A stretch of DNA of 64,000 bases from an uncultured Lachnospiraceae bacterium (GCA_948436005.1 CAOJHI010000001.1:1791-65790); one strand, 5' to 3'. Counted from the stretch's first letter, positions 46,728 to 57,423 are shown. Notes: generated by a model from the sequence alone, not told the origin. Numbers and translations: made by a program.

Positions 46728-48574
46728 GTGAGACGAGAAGACCGAGACGGGGCCCGATGGGCCATGGGATGAGAGGCGGCGAGAAGGCAAAGGATTTTTC
46801 AGGAAGTATGAAGAAAATTCTGCGCTATATGGGAAAATATAAGGTGCGTTTGGCCCTGGTAGCAGTGGCGGCCATGGCAGGAACTGTTTTTAATATCGTA
46901 GGACCAAAGATCCTCGGAAAAGCGACGACAGAGCTGTTTAACGGCCTGGTTGCGAAGCTTGGCGGAACAGGAGGCATTGATTTTGGAAAAATCGGCCAGA
47001 TTTTGCTGTTTGTCATGGGACTGTATTTTTGCAGCGCCGCGTTTTCCTTTATTCAGGGATTTATCATGAGCGGTATTTCAAATGATGTCACGTACAGTCT
47101 GCGGCGCGATATTTCGCAGAAAACAAACCGCCTGCCGCTCAAATATTTTGAGAGCAAGACAACAGGAGAGGTACTTTCACGAGTGACCAATGACGTGGAT
47201 ACGCTGCAGGCGAGCCTGAATCAGAGCCTGACGCAGCTGATTACCTCAACGACAACGCTTGTCGGTGTATTTATTATGATGCTCAGTATCAACGTGTGGA
47301 TGACGCTGGCAGCGCTGGTGATTCTGCCGGTTTCCGTGATGATTATCGGCGTTGTGATGAAGCGCTCCCAGAAGTTTTTCCAGGGACAGCAGAAGTATCT
47401 GGGAGAGGTAAACGGCCAGATTGAGGAGATTTATGGCGGCCACGATGTGGTGCGTGTCTTTAATAAGGAAGAGGATGTGGTAGAAGAATTTGAGCGGGTC
47501 AACCAGAAGCTGTACAGCACAGCATGGAAGTCTCAGTTTTTCTCAGGAATCATGATGCCGGTCATGCAGTTTATCGGAAATCTGGGCTATGTGATGGTAG
47601 CGATTCTCGGTGGATTTATGGTAATTAAAAATGCGATTGAGGTTGGTGATATCCAGTCGTTCTTCCAGTACATCCGTAATTTCACACAGCCGATTCAGCA
47701 GATTGCGCAGGTGACGAATATGCTGCAGTCTACGGCAGCGGCTTCTGAGCGTATTTTTGAATATCTGGAGGAAGCGGAAGAGGATCAGACAGTTTCTGAA
47801 GCAGCAGATACGGAGCATCTGCGTGGAAATGTGGAATTCAGCCATGTAAAATTCGGTTATGATCCGGAGCATGTAATCATTCACGATTTTTCCGCAAAGG
47901 TGAAGGACGGACAGAAAATTGCGATTGTGGGGCCGACGGGAGCAGGCAAGACAACAATGGTGAAGCTTCTGATGCGTTTTTATGATGTAAATTCCGGCAG
48001 TATCTGCGTGGATGGACATAACGTAAAAGATTTTAACCGCAGCGAACTCCGGGAAATGTTCGGCATGGTGCTTCAGGACACGTGGCTGTTTTCAGGGACA
48101 ATTATGGAAAATATCCGTTACGGAAGGCTGGATGCGACGGATGAGGAAGTCATTGAGGCAGCAAAGGCGGCGCACGTACACAAATTTATCATGCAGCAGC
48201 CGGGCGGCTACCAGATGGTGCTCAATGAAGAGACAAATAACGTTTCACAGGGCCAGAAGCAGCTTCTGACCATCGCCCGGGCCATCCTGGCTGACAACCG
48301 GATTCTGATTCTGGATGAGGCGACCTCCTCCGTTGATACACGTACGGAGACGCGGATTCAGAAGGCAATGGATGCGCTGATGAAGGGACGAACCAGCTTT
48401 GTCATTGCACACAGGCTGTCGACCATCCGCGATGCAGACCTGATTCTTGTCATGAAGGACGGCGATATCATTGAACAGGGAAATCACGAGGAACTGATGA
48501 AAGCGGGCGGATTCTATGCAGGCCTGTATAACAGCCAGTTTGAGCGTGTGAAGCAAGCTGCGGCAGAAGCATGA
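46724..48574 (+). CDS. heterodimeric ABC exporter subunit 2
   Basis: LSRVTNDVD, GPTGAGKT, SQGQKQL, LDEATSSVD, IAHRLST. Confidence 0.93.
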   Translation: MSETRRPRRGPMGHGMRGGEKAKDFSGSMKKILRYMGKYKVRLALVAVAAMAGTVFNIVGPKILGKATTELFNGLVAKLGGTGGIDFGKIGQILLFVMGLYFCSAAFSFIQGFIMSGISNDVTYSLRRDISQKTNRLPLKYFESKTTGEVLSRVTNDVDTLQASLNQSLTQLITSTTTLVGVFIMMLSINVWMTLAALVILPVSVMIIGVVMKRSQKFFQGQQKYLGEVNGQIEEIYGGHDVVRVFNKEEDVVEEFERVNQKLYSTAWKSQFFSGIMMPVMQFIGNLGYVMVAILGGFMVIKNAIEVGDIQSFFQYIRNFTQPIQQIAQVTNMLQSTAAASERIFEYLEEAEEDQTVSEAADTEHLRGNVEFSHVKFGYDPEHVIIHDFSAKVKDGQKIAIVGPTGAGKTTMVKLLMRFYDVNSGSICVDGHNVKDFNRSELREMFGMVLQDTWLFSGTIMENIRYGRLDATDEEVIEAAKAAHVHKFIMQQPGGYQMVLNEETNNVSQGQKQLLTIARAILADNRILILDEATSSVDTRTETRIQKAMDALMKGRTSFVIAHRLSTIRDADLILVMKDGDIIEQGNHEELMKAGGFYAGLYNSQFERVKQAAAEA

Positions 48575-48593
48575 CCATGCAGGGAGAAAAATG

Positions 48594-48826
48594 GTAGCAG
48601 AAGCAGAACCGTATGGGATAAAAAATGTAACAGAAGCAGAACCGTATAGGGAAAAAACGTAACAGAAGCAGAACCGTATGGTGATAAAAAACGTAGCAGA
48701 AGCAGAACCGTATGGTGATAAAAAACGTAGCAGAAGCAGAACCGTATAGGGAAAAAATGTAACAGAAGTAGAACCGTATGGTGATAAAAAAAGTAACAGA
48801 AGCAGAAACATGTGGGGATAAAAATT
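48594..48826 (+). repeat. non-coding tandem array, 7 units of 32-34 bp
   Basis: GTARCAGAAGCAGAACCGTAT core at 48594, 48627, 48659, 48693, 48727, 48759 and 48793. Confidence 0.9.
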
Positions 48827-48886
48827 GGCAGCAGGACGAAAAAAAGTGCAGGTATGAAGAAATGGCGCAGCAGGCGCCAGGAGGCG

Positions 48887-49498
48887 ATGAAGATGAGATA
48901 TAATATAATTGCAATTGAACGGGAGTATGCGTCAGGCGGAAATGAAATCGGAGAGAGAGTAGCGAGATGGCTTGGCATTCCGTGCTACGGGCAGGAGGTA
49001 CTGCGGCGCGCGGCAGAGCAGATGCAGACGTCGCAGGAGCGGCTTTTGCATCTGGAAGAGACGACTTCCAACAGTCTGCTGTATTCACTTGGCATGGCCA
49101 TGAAGGTGATGACCGGGGAGCGCGACGGCCTCTCAGAAGAAGGGGCACTGTATGTGACAGAGGAACGGGTGATCAAGGACATGGCATTGCAGGGCCCGTG
49201 CGTGATTGTGGGGCGCTGTGCGGGATGGATTTTGCGGGAGCGTACGGATGTGCTTCGTGTCTTTATTCATGCAAACCGTGAATATCGGAAGCAGCGGGCA
49301 GTGGAGGAGTATGGGATTGCCCCGGAAAGTGCGGAGAATACGCTGAAAAAATACGACTGGCGGCGTTCTAACTTTTATCATGCCAATACTGGTATGGCAT
49401 GGGATGATAAAAAGGGCTATCATCTTGTGCTTGACAGCTCAGCAATGGGAATTTCGCCCTGTGTCAGGGCAATATGCGGGACAGCAGAAGGAAAATAA
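48887..49498 (+). CDS. cytidylate kinase-like family protein
   Basis: IAIEREYASGG.EIG, CVIVGRCA, VFIHA, YHLVLDSS. Confidence 0.85.
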   Translation: MKMRYNIIAIEREYASGGNEIGERVARWLGIPCYGQEVLRRAAEQMQTSQERLLHLEETTSNSLLYSLGMAMKVMTGERDGLSEEGALYVTEERVIKDMALQGPCVIVGRCAGWILRERTDVLRVFIHANREYRKQRAVEEYGIAPESAENTLKKYDWRRSNFYHANTGMAWDDKKGYHLVLDSSAMGISPCVRAICGTAEGK

Positions 49499-49599
49499 AA
49501 GCACATTCCTTATCTTTTCTTTAAATCATATTTTCGTTGGTTGTAAATAAAATTTTTGTATGATATATTGAAATCAAATAATTCAGATGGAGGTGCTTT

Positions 49600-51273
49600 A
49601 TGCGTAAATTTAAAATACTTTCTGGCAGGACCATGGCAGCTGCCCTGTCTGCGGCAATGATTTTTCAGGGGACGGCTCTGGCAGGACCGCTTGATGAGCT
49701 GAATGAGATCTTAGAAAAACAGGTGGAGGCTGCAGGGGATTCTCTGCTGGAGCAGACAGTGGGATTTTCCGATCTGGCAGATTTGATGGATGAGAAGGGA
49801 CTGAATTTCCAGATGACGGCAAAACTTCTTCCGGAGTCTTTGGAGCTGATGGACCTGACAGGCGAGGAATTTGCCGACGAGACTGTAAGGTTTGGTTTCC
49901 AGCTTAATCCGGAGCTTGAAAAGTGGGTACTCACAGCAGGATTTGGCGAGGAATCTTCCTCAATTCTGGATGCGGCGCTTTATGGCTCACAGGAGCAGCT
50001 TGCGCTTGCTTTGCCGCAGTTTTATGCAGGAGCGGTTGCGCTGAATTCCGGGAACCTGAAAGAGCAGATTATGAATTCCGATCTTGCCGCGATTTTGGGC
50101 ATGACTCCGGAAAGCATGGCAGAGATACCGGACATTGAGATGAGCTTTTATCCGTACGACGATGGCACGGAAGGATTTGAGGACTACAGCGAGCGGATGG
50201 AAGAGGAGCTTGAGGAAAGCGCAGTTGTAGAGGCCACAGAGGCAGATGGTGTCACGACGTACGCAGTGACGTTTAGCCGTGACAAACTGATGGATGTATA
50301 CAGATACATGTTTGAAGAGTATATGTCTGTATTTACAAGCGCAGGGATGGTGTTCGGTACAGGATCAGACACAGAGCTGACAGTTGATGAGATGGTTGAT
50401 CAGATGGTAACAGTGATGTCAGCGTGCATCCTGGAGGATTTGACCGTAAATTATGAGGTGCGGAACAATTTAGTTGAAAAAATGTATTTTGAGATGCCGA
50501 TCGATACAGCTAAAATTGTGGAGGCACAGGACCAGCTTTCCGGCGCACAGCAGCAGATCGCAGAAGAAATGATTGAATCTGTCGCTGTTGAGCAGCTTGC
50601 TCCTGCCGGTAAGGCTTCCGATGCAGTGGCAGATGTGGATGCGGTTCCTTCTGTAGAGGTGTCAGGACCAACGGTAGAGGTAGAGAACGAGTTTAAAGGA
50701 ACTGTTTACTGCGATGTAGTTTACTTCAACCCGGCTCAGCCGCAGGAAGGTTTTACTGTAAATGTTGAGATGGCAGACGATGCCGGCACAGATTTTATTT
50801 CTATGGGCATGGATTTTGCAACAAAGCTGGATGGAACGATGCAGATAGGTACAATTACACTGGATCTGGAAGAAAATGGAGAGAATATCTATTCCGGTAC
50901 CGTGTATGAGGAGCGCTTTGACGCAGCTACCGGAGACCTGAATGCACAGGTTCTGGTGGAAGCTGAGGGTACGCGTGTGGAGCTGAACTTTGACGGTACA
51001 TTCTCGAATATTGAAAAAGGAAAGGGCTTTGTTCTGACCGTAGATGAACTGTCCATGGTTGTGGATGGCGAGAAGCTTGGCGTGTCAGGAGAGATCAGCC
51101 TGAACGCAGATGCAGGCGATGTCAGCGCACCGGCTGATTCTCGTGCCATTCTGGAACTGAAGCAGGAAGACCTGGTTGGCCTTGTGAGCGAAATTTCAAC
51201 AAATGCATATATCTGGAGCATGCAGTTCACACCGCAGACCGAAACGTCTGAAAGTACGGTAGCGATACAGTAA
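49600..51273 (+). CDS. secreted acidic hypothetical protein
   Basis: GGAGG RBS, signal peptide ending ALA; long ORF with no recognised motif. Confidence 0.75.
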   Translation: MRKFKILSGRTMAAALSAAMIFQGTALAGPLDELNEILEKQVEAAGDSLLEQTVGFSDLADLMDEKGLNFQMTAKLLPESLELMDLTGEEFADETVRFGFQLNPELEKWVLTAGFGEESSSILDAALYGSQEQLALALPQFYAGAVALNSGNLKEQIMNSDLAAILGMTPESMAEIPDIEMSFYPYDDGTEGFEDYSERMEEELEESAVVEATEADGVTTYAVTFSRDKLMDVYRYMFEEYMSVFTSAGMVFGTGSDTELTVDEMVDQMVTVMSACILEDLTVNYEVRNNLVEKMYFEMPIDTAKIVEAQDQLSGAQQQIAEEMIESVAVEQLAPAGKASDAVADVDAVPSVEVSGPTVEVENEFKGTVYCDVVYFNPAQPQEGFTVNVEMADDAGTDFISMGMDFATKLDGTMQIGTITLDLEENGENIYSGTVYEERFDAATGDLNAQVLVEAEGTRVELNFDGTFSNIEKGKGFVLTVDELSMVVDGEKLGVSGEISLNADAGDVSAPADSRAILELKQEDLVGLVSEISTNAYIWSMQFTPQTETSESTVAIQ

Positions 51274-51361
51274 AAGAACTAAAAAAATAAAAGTAACAAA
51301 AATAAAAAATAAAACAGTAATGCCCGCAAAAGGGCTGTTACAAAAATACGGATATTAATGC

Positions 51362-51437
51362 AAGTAAATTTCCGGGTGCTTTCTGAAGCAAAGAGGACAG
51401 AGCTCTTTCTTCAGGAAGTCCCGGAAATTTTATACTT
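51362..51437. repeat. long imperfect hairpin between convergent genes
   Basis: AAATTTCCGGG...CTGAAG.AAAGAG / CTCTTT.CTTCAG...CCCGGAAATTT. Confidence 0.6.
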
Positions 51438-51510
51438 ATTATTATCTTTTATACAGGACTTTGGGACTTTTCAGGAATATATTTTCTGCCAGATTTTTTA
51501 GACAGAAGAT

Positions 51511-54261
51511 TTAGGGAAAACTTCCAAGTCCGGTCAGCCGGTTCATCAGATCTTCCAGGGAATTGGTTTCCGTCTGGCCGGTCTCACTTTCCATGGGATG
51601 GCCGGTTTCCGTTTCCGGAGGAATTACGGTCGGCGGAGTTTCCGGCAGAGCAGGCGGGGTGATGACATCAGTTGGTGGTGCTTCTGTATCAGTCGGCGGA
51701 GTCTCGGAAGTGCCTGGCTCTGTTACTGGCTCTGTCTGGGTTTCACTTTGCTTTTCCGTTTCCGGGAAGAGATCCGGGTAAATGGTGATCGGTTCTGTCT
51801 CCGGCGGCGCTTCATGCAGCGGGCATTTCTTTTTGGGTGCAGTACCTTTGGCAAAATACTCTTCATACGTTTCCGGACAGCCATCCGGGACAGCAGGTAA
51901 ATGAGATTCTTTACACAGAGTCACAGACTGTATTGTCTCAGGTCTGGTAAAATCAGCGGCAGCAAGTCCGGTATGAAGCCGGTTCATGACAGCTGACCAC
52001 AGAACTTTGTTGTAAGTGTGATACGTGGAGGCCAGAGGCAGGTCCCGGTTGTTGTCATAGCCGCCCCATACGCAGCACGTATAATAAGGCGTATATCCGA
52101 CAAACCAGATATCTTTATAATTCGAAGTGGTGCCTGTTTTTCCTGCCACGGGCTGACCGGCTGCTGAGATGGACTGGTAGGCAGTTCCTTCCGGGGAAGC
52201 AACAACATCCTTCATGGCTTCTGTCAGTAAAAATGCGGTTTCCGGGGAAATCACACGGGTAAAGCCGGGAGTATCGGTGTCTGCTTCCGCGGCATTTTCG
52301 AGATACGAATAATCAATCAGGATATCGCCGTGCCGGTCCAGGATTTTTGTGAAAAATTTAGGCTTCGCGTGTATTCCACCGTTGGCGATTGCCGCATACG
52401 CGCTGCAGAGTTCCAGATTGGAAACGCCCTGCGTGATACCGCCAAGTGCAAGCGGCTGGACAATGTCAGAGGACAGATTTCCGCCTGATTCGTAAGACTC
52501 ATACAAGGTGGAAATGCCGAAGTTCCGGGCATAATCAAAACCGGCCCGCGGCGTGATTGCAGTAATGCATTTCACGGCAATCACGTTGATGGAGCGTGTG
52601 ATGGCTTCCCGTATGGTAACAGTTCCTGAATAATCTGTGAGATCCCAGTTGCTGACCGGGGTACCATTCTCGTAATTATAAGGTTCGTTTTCATAAGTGG
52701 TAGCAAGAGTCTGCCCAAAAGAATCAAGCGCCGGAGCATACGCAGCCAGAATTTTGAAGGTGGAGCCGGGCTGACGGTACGTTTCCGTAGCACGGTTCAG
52801 GACAAGACTCGCCGTCTTTTCACCGCGGCCTCCTACGATTGCCCGGACAAAGCCAGTTTTCTGATCTATGAGAACGAGGGAAGCCTGCGGCTGCGCGGAG
52901 AGGGACAGACGTTCTCCGACAACTTTGAACGCCTGGCCGCTGTCGTTGTTTTCAGAATCATTTTCGGGTGTGTTATCCTTATCATCATCAGAGGTTTCAC
53001 TTTCTGAAGCCTCATGATTCTGATTGTTTTGTGATAAAATGTGTTCCCGGAAAGCGTCCGCATATTGCTGCGCTTCTGCCTCTGACGTACAGAGCAGGTC
53101 AAAGGAAGGATTGATTTCCCTGCGGATGTAGCTGCGCAGAGAATCAGAGCCATAATGAGTGACAAGACCAGCGGAATCAGAGACGCTGAGCGCGTAGTCA
53201 ATACCAAACTCAGTTCCTTCCGGAAAGTTTGCCGGATTCTGGAATTCTTCATCACAGATTTGCTGAGCCTGTGCTTCCTGTGCGGAAAAAATGCGCAGTC
53301 CTCCGGAAAATACTGCCCGGTATGCCTGGTCGTAGGTATATCCCTTTTCATTCATCAGAACATTCAGAACCTGGTCAATTAACGCGTCCTCATAATAGGA
53401 GTACGCTGTTTCATCGCCTTTCAGTTCATTGAACTTACGGATTCGGCCATACACGTCATCCTGCAGAGCCTCCTCTTTTTCTTCGCGTGAAATGTAACCT
53501 TGTTGTTCCATGTATTTGAGAACTGTTTTGCGGCGCTTGTCATTTTCTTCCGGGTTTGTAATTGGATTAAACCCAGAGGGATTCTGAGGAATAGCAGCCA
53601 GCACGGCAGCTTCGGACAGAGAGAGCTCTGACACATTTTTGCCGAAATACCGCCTGGATGCAGCCTGAACTCCGTAACATCCGGCGCCGAGGTTGATGGT
53701 ATTGAGGTAATCTTCCAGAATTTCCTCTTTGGAGATCCGGTCTTCCAGCTGAAGTGCCAGATATTGTTCCTGGATTTTGCGCCGAAAACGGTCAAGGAAG
53801 GAATTTTCCAGTGTCCATTCTGTGAAAACATTATTTTTAATGAGCTGCTGTGTGATCGTGCTGGCCCCCTCAGAGAAAGAACCGCTGGTCAAACCGGTCC
53901 ACATTGCGCGGGCAATTCCGCGCAGATCAATCCCGCCATGTTCATAAAAGCGTTCATCTTCAATAGAAATAATGGCTTTTTGCAGAGTGTCAGGAATTTC
54001 TTCCAGCGTTACAAGATCACGGTTTGAGGAAGCAAGCGTAAGTTTCCGCAGATAGTTTCCCTGTGCGTCACAGATATAGGTGGCGGATTCTGTAGGGGAT
54101 ACGGTAATGGTATCAATATCGGGCGCCGTAGCAATCAGATACCAGATACCGGAAAGAAACAGAACAAGAACAGCAGCAAGCGCTGCTGCAGCATAGATTA
54201 AGATCCGTTTCCATGGAATCGGGCGCGGCGTGTTTTTCCTGGAATCGGAATTAGTATTCAT
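51511..54261 (-). CDS. class A penicillin-binding protein (PBP1A-like)
   Basis: EDERFYEH.G, GASTITQQL, RKIQE; STFK, SIN, KTGT; Pro/Thr/Glu-rich tail. Confidence 0.93.
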   Translation of the reverse strand: MNTNSDSRKNTPRPIPWKRILIYAAAALAAVLVLFLSGIWYLIATAPDIDTITVSPTESATYICDAQGNYLRKLTLASSNRDLVTLEEIPDTLQKAIISIEDERFYEHGGIDLRGIARAMWTGLTSGSFSEGASTITQQLIKNNVFTEWTLENSFLDRFRRKIQEQYLALQLEDRISKEEILEDYLNTINLGAGCYGVQAASRRYFGKNVSELSLSEAAVLAAIPQNPSGFNPITNPEENDKRRKTVLKYMEQQGYISREEKEEALQDDVYGRIRKFNELKGDETAYSYYEDALIDQVLNVLMNEKGYTYDQAYRAVFSGGLRIFSAQEAQAQQICDEEFQNPANFPEGTEFGIDYALSVSDSAGLVTHYGSDSLRSYIRREINPSFDLLCTSEAEAQQYADAFREHILSQNNQNHEASESETSDDDKDNTPENDSENNDSGQAFKVVGERLSLSAQPQASLVLIDQKTGFVRAIVGGRGEKTASLVLNRATETYRQPGSTFKILAAYAPALDSFGQTLATTYENEPYNYENGTPVSNWDLTDYSGTVTIREAITRSINVIAVKCITAITPRAGFDYARNFGISTLYESYESGGNLSSDIVQPLALGGITQGVSNLELCSAYAAIANGGIHAKPKFFTKILDRHGDILIDYSYLENAAEADTDTPGFTRVISPETAFLLTEAMKDVVASPEGTAYQSISAAGQPVAGKTGTTSNYKDIWFVGYTPYYTCCVWGGYDNNRDLPLASTYHTYNKVLWSAVMNRLHTGLAAADFTRPETIQSVTLCKESHLPAVPDGCPETYEEYFAKGTAPKKKCPLHEAPPETEPITIYPDLFPETEKQSETQTEPVTEPGTSETPPTDTEAPPTDVITPPALPETPPTVIPPETETGHPMESETGQTETNSLEDLMNRLTGLGSFP

Positions 54262-54485
54262 GGAAGACCACCTCCTGACTTTTGGATGAAAATAATTGCC
54301 GAAACACTGTGGAGTCCTGGAAGTTGTTTCGCAATTAACTTATTTGGAGGGTAGTATTCCGCGCAGAAATGAAAAATATACGGAAGATAAATCAGCGGAA
54401 CATTTTATGCAGGTGGATTTGAGCAATACCATGAGCATAAACGTTCCGCTGCGTTATTTTCAGGGAGCTGTCGCGCACAACCCCT

Positions 54486-55121
54486 TTAGATGAGTGCCAG
54501 TCCGTTTCCGGCCCCGATTCGGTCTGCGCCGGCTTCGATCAGGTCTCTCGTGAATTCAGGTGTGCGGATGCCGCCGCTGGCTTTTACCTGCAGCCGGTTG
54601 CCTACTGTTTTTTTCATGAGACGGATATCATCGAGTGTTGCACCGCCGGTGGAAAATCCGGTGGAAGTTTTGACAAAAGCAGCTCCGGCTTCTTCCGAGA
54701 GTTCGCAGGCCTTTGTTTTTTCTTCATCCGTCAGCAGACACGTTTCGATGATCACTTTAACAATCGCGGGCTTTGAAGCCCCGACAACTGCTTTGATATC
54801 ATCGCGGACAAAATCCCAGTTCTGATCTTTTATTGCACCGACGTTGATGACCATATCCACTTCCTGTGCGCCGGCCTTTACGGCTTCAGAGGCTTCAAAC
54901 GCCTTGGCAGAAGTCATCATGGCTCCCAGGGGAAATCCGACAACGCAGCAGGTTTTCACATCGCTGCCTTTGAGCGCGTCAGCCACAAGCGGTACGTGAC
55001 AGGTATTGACGCAGACAGAGGCAAAACCATTGTCCAGGGCTTCCCGGCAGTAACGGAGGATTGTCTCAGACGTAGCGTCAGCTTTCAGCATAGTGTGGTC
55101 AATTTTTTTTGCAATATTCAT
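54486..55121 (-). CDS. deoC: deoxyribose-phosphate aldolase
   Basis: [41 protein letters not shown]. Confidence 0.95.
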   Translation of the reverse strand: MNIAKKIDHTMLKADATSETILRYCREALDNGFASVCVNTCHVPLVADALKGSDVKTCCVVGFPLGAMMTSAKAFEASEAVKAGAQEVDMVINVGAIKDQNWDFVRDDIKAVVGASKPAIVKVIIETCLLTDEEKTKACELSEEAGAAFVKTSTGFSTGGATLDDIRLMKKTVGNRLQVKASGGIRTPEFTRDLIEAGADRIGAGNGLALI

Positions 55122-55417
55122 ATTTATTCTCCTTTTCATTTATCCGGTTATCTGTAAAACTTTTTTAGAAAAACGCTGATTAAAACATTTCCCTAGAATC
55201 TGTTATAGAATCCGTTATTTTAGATTTTTCATTCAAATCCGGATTGCCCGTTTCAGAATAGCACAGATACCGGTAAAAATCCATGATGAAATGAAAGCCC
55301 GGGTTTTGCAGGGAAAATGCCTGGCCGTGGGTTTACAAATAGGTATATTTTTGGTACTATCAAAAGGTATTTTTAACAGAAATTTTGAAAAGCCTGATTT
55401 GAGGACGGTAGGAGCAG

Positions 55418-56065
55418 ATGAAGATTGTATACAAAGGCGGCGAGGGAGAGCTGATTGAAAAAAAGTCCCGTTTTATTGCAACTGTGGTTCCGGTGAACAG
55501 CGAGGATGAGGCGCTGGAATTTATTGCTGCAATGAAAAAAAAGTATTGGAATGCATCGCACAATTGCTTTGCCTTTGTGGTAGGAGAAAATTATGAGCTT
55601 CAGCGCTGCAGCGACGACGGAGAGCCGCAGGGAACGGCAGGCCGCCCGATGCTGGATGTATTGCTTGGTGAGCAAGTCCACAACGCGGCAGTTGTGGTGA
55701 CAAGATATTTCGGCGGAACGCTGCTTGGAACCGGCGGACTGGTACGTGCTTATTCAAAAGCAGTGCAGGAAGGGCTTGGCAGCAGCACAATCATCGAAAA
55801 GAGAGACGGAGCCCTGCTGCGGATGAAGACAGATTATAACGGGATTGGAAAAATCCAGTATTTGCTGGGACAAAGAGGGCTCACTATCACAAATTCAGAA
55901 TATACTGATACTGTCATGGTGGAGACGCTGGTGCCGCAGGAGCAGATCAGAGAGCTTCGCGAAGCAGTGACAGAGGGAACAAACGGAAGGACAGAGTTCC
56001 TTGCCGAGGACGCGGTCTGTTTTGCGTTTGTGGATGGGGAGCCGCTGATTTTTGACGATAAATAA
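55418..56065 (+). CDS. yigZ: YigZ/IMPACT family protein
   Basis: EKKSRFIA, ASHNC, SDDGEP.GTAG, VTRYFGG.LLGTGGL. Confidence 0.9.
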   Translation: MKIVYKGGEGELIEKKSRFIATVVPVNSEDEALEFIAAMKKKYWNASHNCFAFVVGENYELQRCSDDGEPQGTAGRPMLDVLLGEQVHNAAVVVTRYFGGTLLGTGGLVRAYSKAVQEGLGSSTIIEKRDGALLRMKTDYNGIGKIQYLLGQRGLTITNSEYTDTVMVETLVPQEQIRELREAVTEGTNGRTEFLAEDAVCFAFVDGEPLIFDDK

Positions 56066-56123
56066 TCAGAACAGTATTAGAGCGTACGTGCAGCCTGTGA
56101 AACAGAAAGGAATATCAGAAGGT

Positions 56124-56960
56124 ATGTGCAATACAGAAAATAATAGACGGAAGGCCCCAATCGGCGTATTTGATTCCGGTGTGGGCGGCCTTACCGTAGC
56201 AAGGGAGATTATGAGAAATCTGCCCAATGAGCGGATTGTTTATTTTGGCGATACAGCCAGGGTGCCATATGGAAGCAAATCAAAGGATACTGTGATTCGC
56301 TATTCAAGGCAGATCATCCGCTTTCTGCGCACGCAGGACGTCAAGGCGATTGTGATCGCGTGCAATACGGCCAGTGCCCTTGCGCTTGAGGAAGTGGAAA
56401 AGGAGCTGGACATTCCGATCATTGGTGTGGTAAAGCCGGGGGCGAAGGTTGCCGCGGCATCGACCAGAAACGGCAGAATTGGAGTAATTGGTACCGAAAG
56501 CACGGTTAACAGCCATATGTACAGTCAGCTGATCTGCAGTTATCAGAAGGATGTCAAAGTGTACGGAAAAGCCTGCCCGCTGTTTGTTCCTCTTGTGGAG
56601 GAAGGGTGGCTTTCGGATGCGGTAACAGAGCAGGTGGCAAAGCGTTATCTTGATGAATTGCTTCCAAAGGAGATTGATACGCTGATTCTCGGGTGTACGC
56701 ATTACCCGCTGCTGCGGCCTCTGATTGAACGGCTTGCAGGAGAGCAGGTGCGGCTTGTGGATCCGGCCTATGAGACAGCGCATGAGCTGGGAGTGCTGCT
56801 GGAGGAAAAAGGGATAGCCAATCACGGGGAAAAGGCGCCTGGAAAAGAACCTTATCGCTTTTTTGTCAGCGATGCGGCAGATAAATTCAAACATTTTGCA
56901 AATTCGATTCTTCCCTATGATATTGAAACGACCCGCAAAATTAACATTGAGGAGTACTGA
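56124..56960 (+). CDS. murI: glutamate racemase
   Basis: FDSGVGGLTV, PYGSKS, IACNTAS, LGCTHYP. Confidence 0.95.
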   Translation: MCNTENNRRKAPIGVFDSGVGGLTVAREIMRNLPNERIVYFGDTARVPYGSKSKDTVIRYSRQIIRFLRTQDVKAIVIACNTASALALEEVEKELDIPIIGVVKPGAKVAAASTRNGRIGVIGTESTVNSHMYSQLICSYQKDVKVYGKACPLFVPLVEEGWLSDAVTEQVAKRYLDELLPKEIDTLILGCTHYPLLRPLIERLAGEQVRLVDPAYETAHELGVLLEEKGIANHGEKAPGKEPYRFFVSDAADKFKHFANSILPYDIETTRKINIEEY

Positions 56961-56965
56961 GCAGC

Positions 56966-57415
56966 ATGACAGAGGATATTTTGATCAGCGTGAAAGGGTT
57001 TCATACACTGGACAATACAGAGGATGACCAGGAGATTGAGGTGTTTTCTGCGGGAAAATATTACTTTAAAAACGGAAAGCATTATATTCTGTATGAAGAG
57101 CAGGTGGAGGACAGCGCTGAAATCATAAAAAACCGCATTACCTTAAAAGACGGATGCATGGAGGTCCGGAAGTCAGGTCCGGTTCATTCCCAGATGGTTT
57201 TTGAGCAGGACCGGAAAAATATGAGCTGGTACAACACGCCGTTCGGAGACCTGATGGCAGGAATCCGGGTCACGGATATGCAGGTAACAGAAGAAGAGAA
57301 CCTGCTTGATATCCATGTGAGCTATCAGCTGGAAGTAAATTATGAGCGCATCGCGGACAGCAAAATCGAAATCCGCGTGATGGCAAAGGAAAGCGGATTA
57401 TTCCGGCTGGACTAG
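56966..57415 (+). CDS. DUF1934-like beta-barrel protein
   Basis: GKYY.KNGKHYILYEE, YNTPFG. Confidence 0.7.
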   Translation: MTEDILISVKGFHTLDNTEDDQEIEVFSAGKYYFKNGKHYILYEEQVEDSAEIIKNRITLKDGCMEVRKSGPVHSQMVFEQDRKNMSWYNTPFGDLMAGIRVTDMQVTEEENLLDIHVSYQLEVNYERIADSKIEIRVMAKESGLFRLD

Positions 57416-57423
57416 TTGTCCAG

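Noticed and set aside
48594-48826. CRISPR array
   Set aside because: The units are contiguous with only short recurring tails, there are no unique spacers, and no cas genes are in the window.
48245-49148. Three long minus-strand ORFs over the tandem array
   Set aside because: They are repetitive shadow translations of the array and overlap real plus-strand genes.
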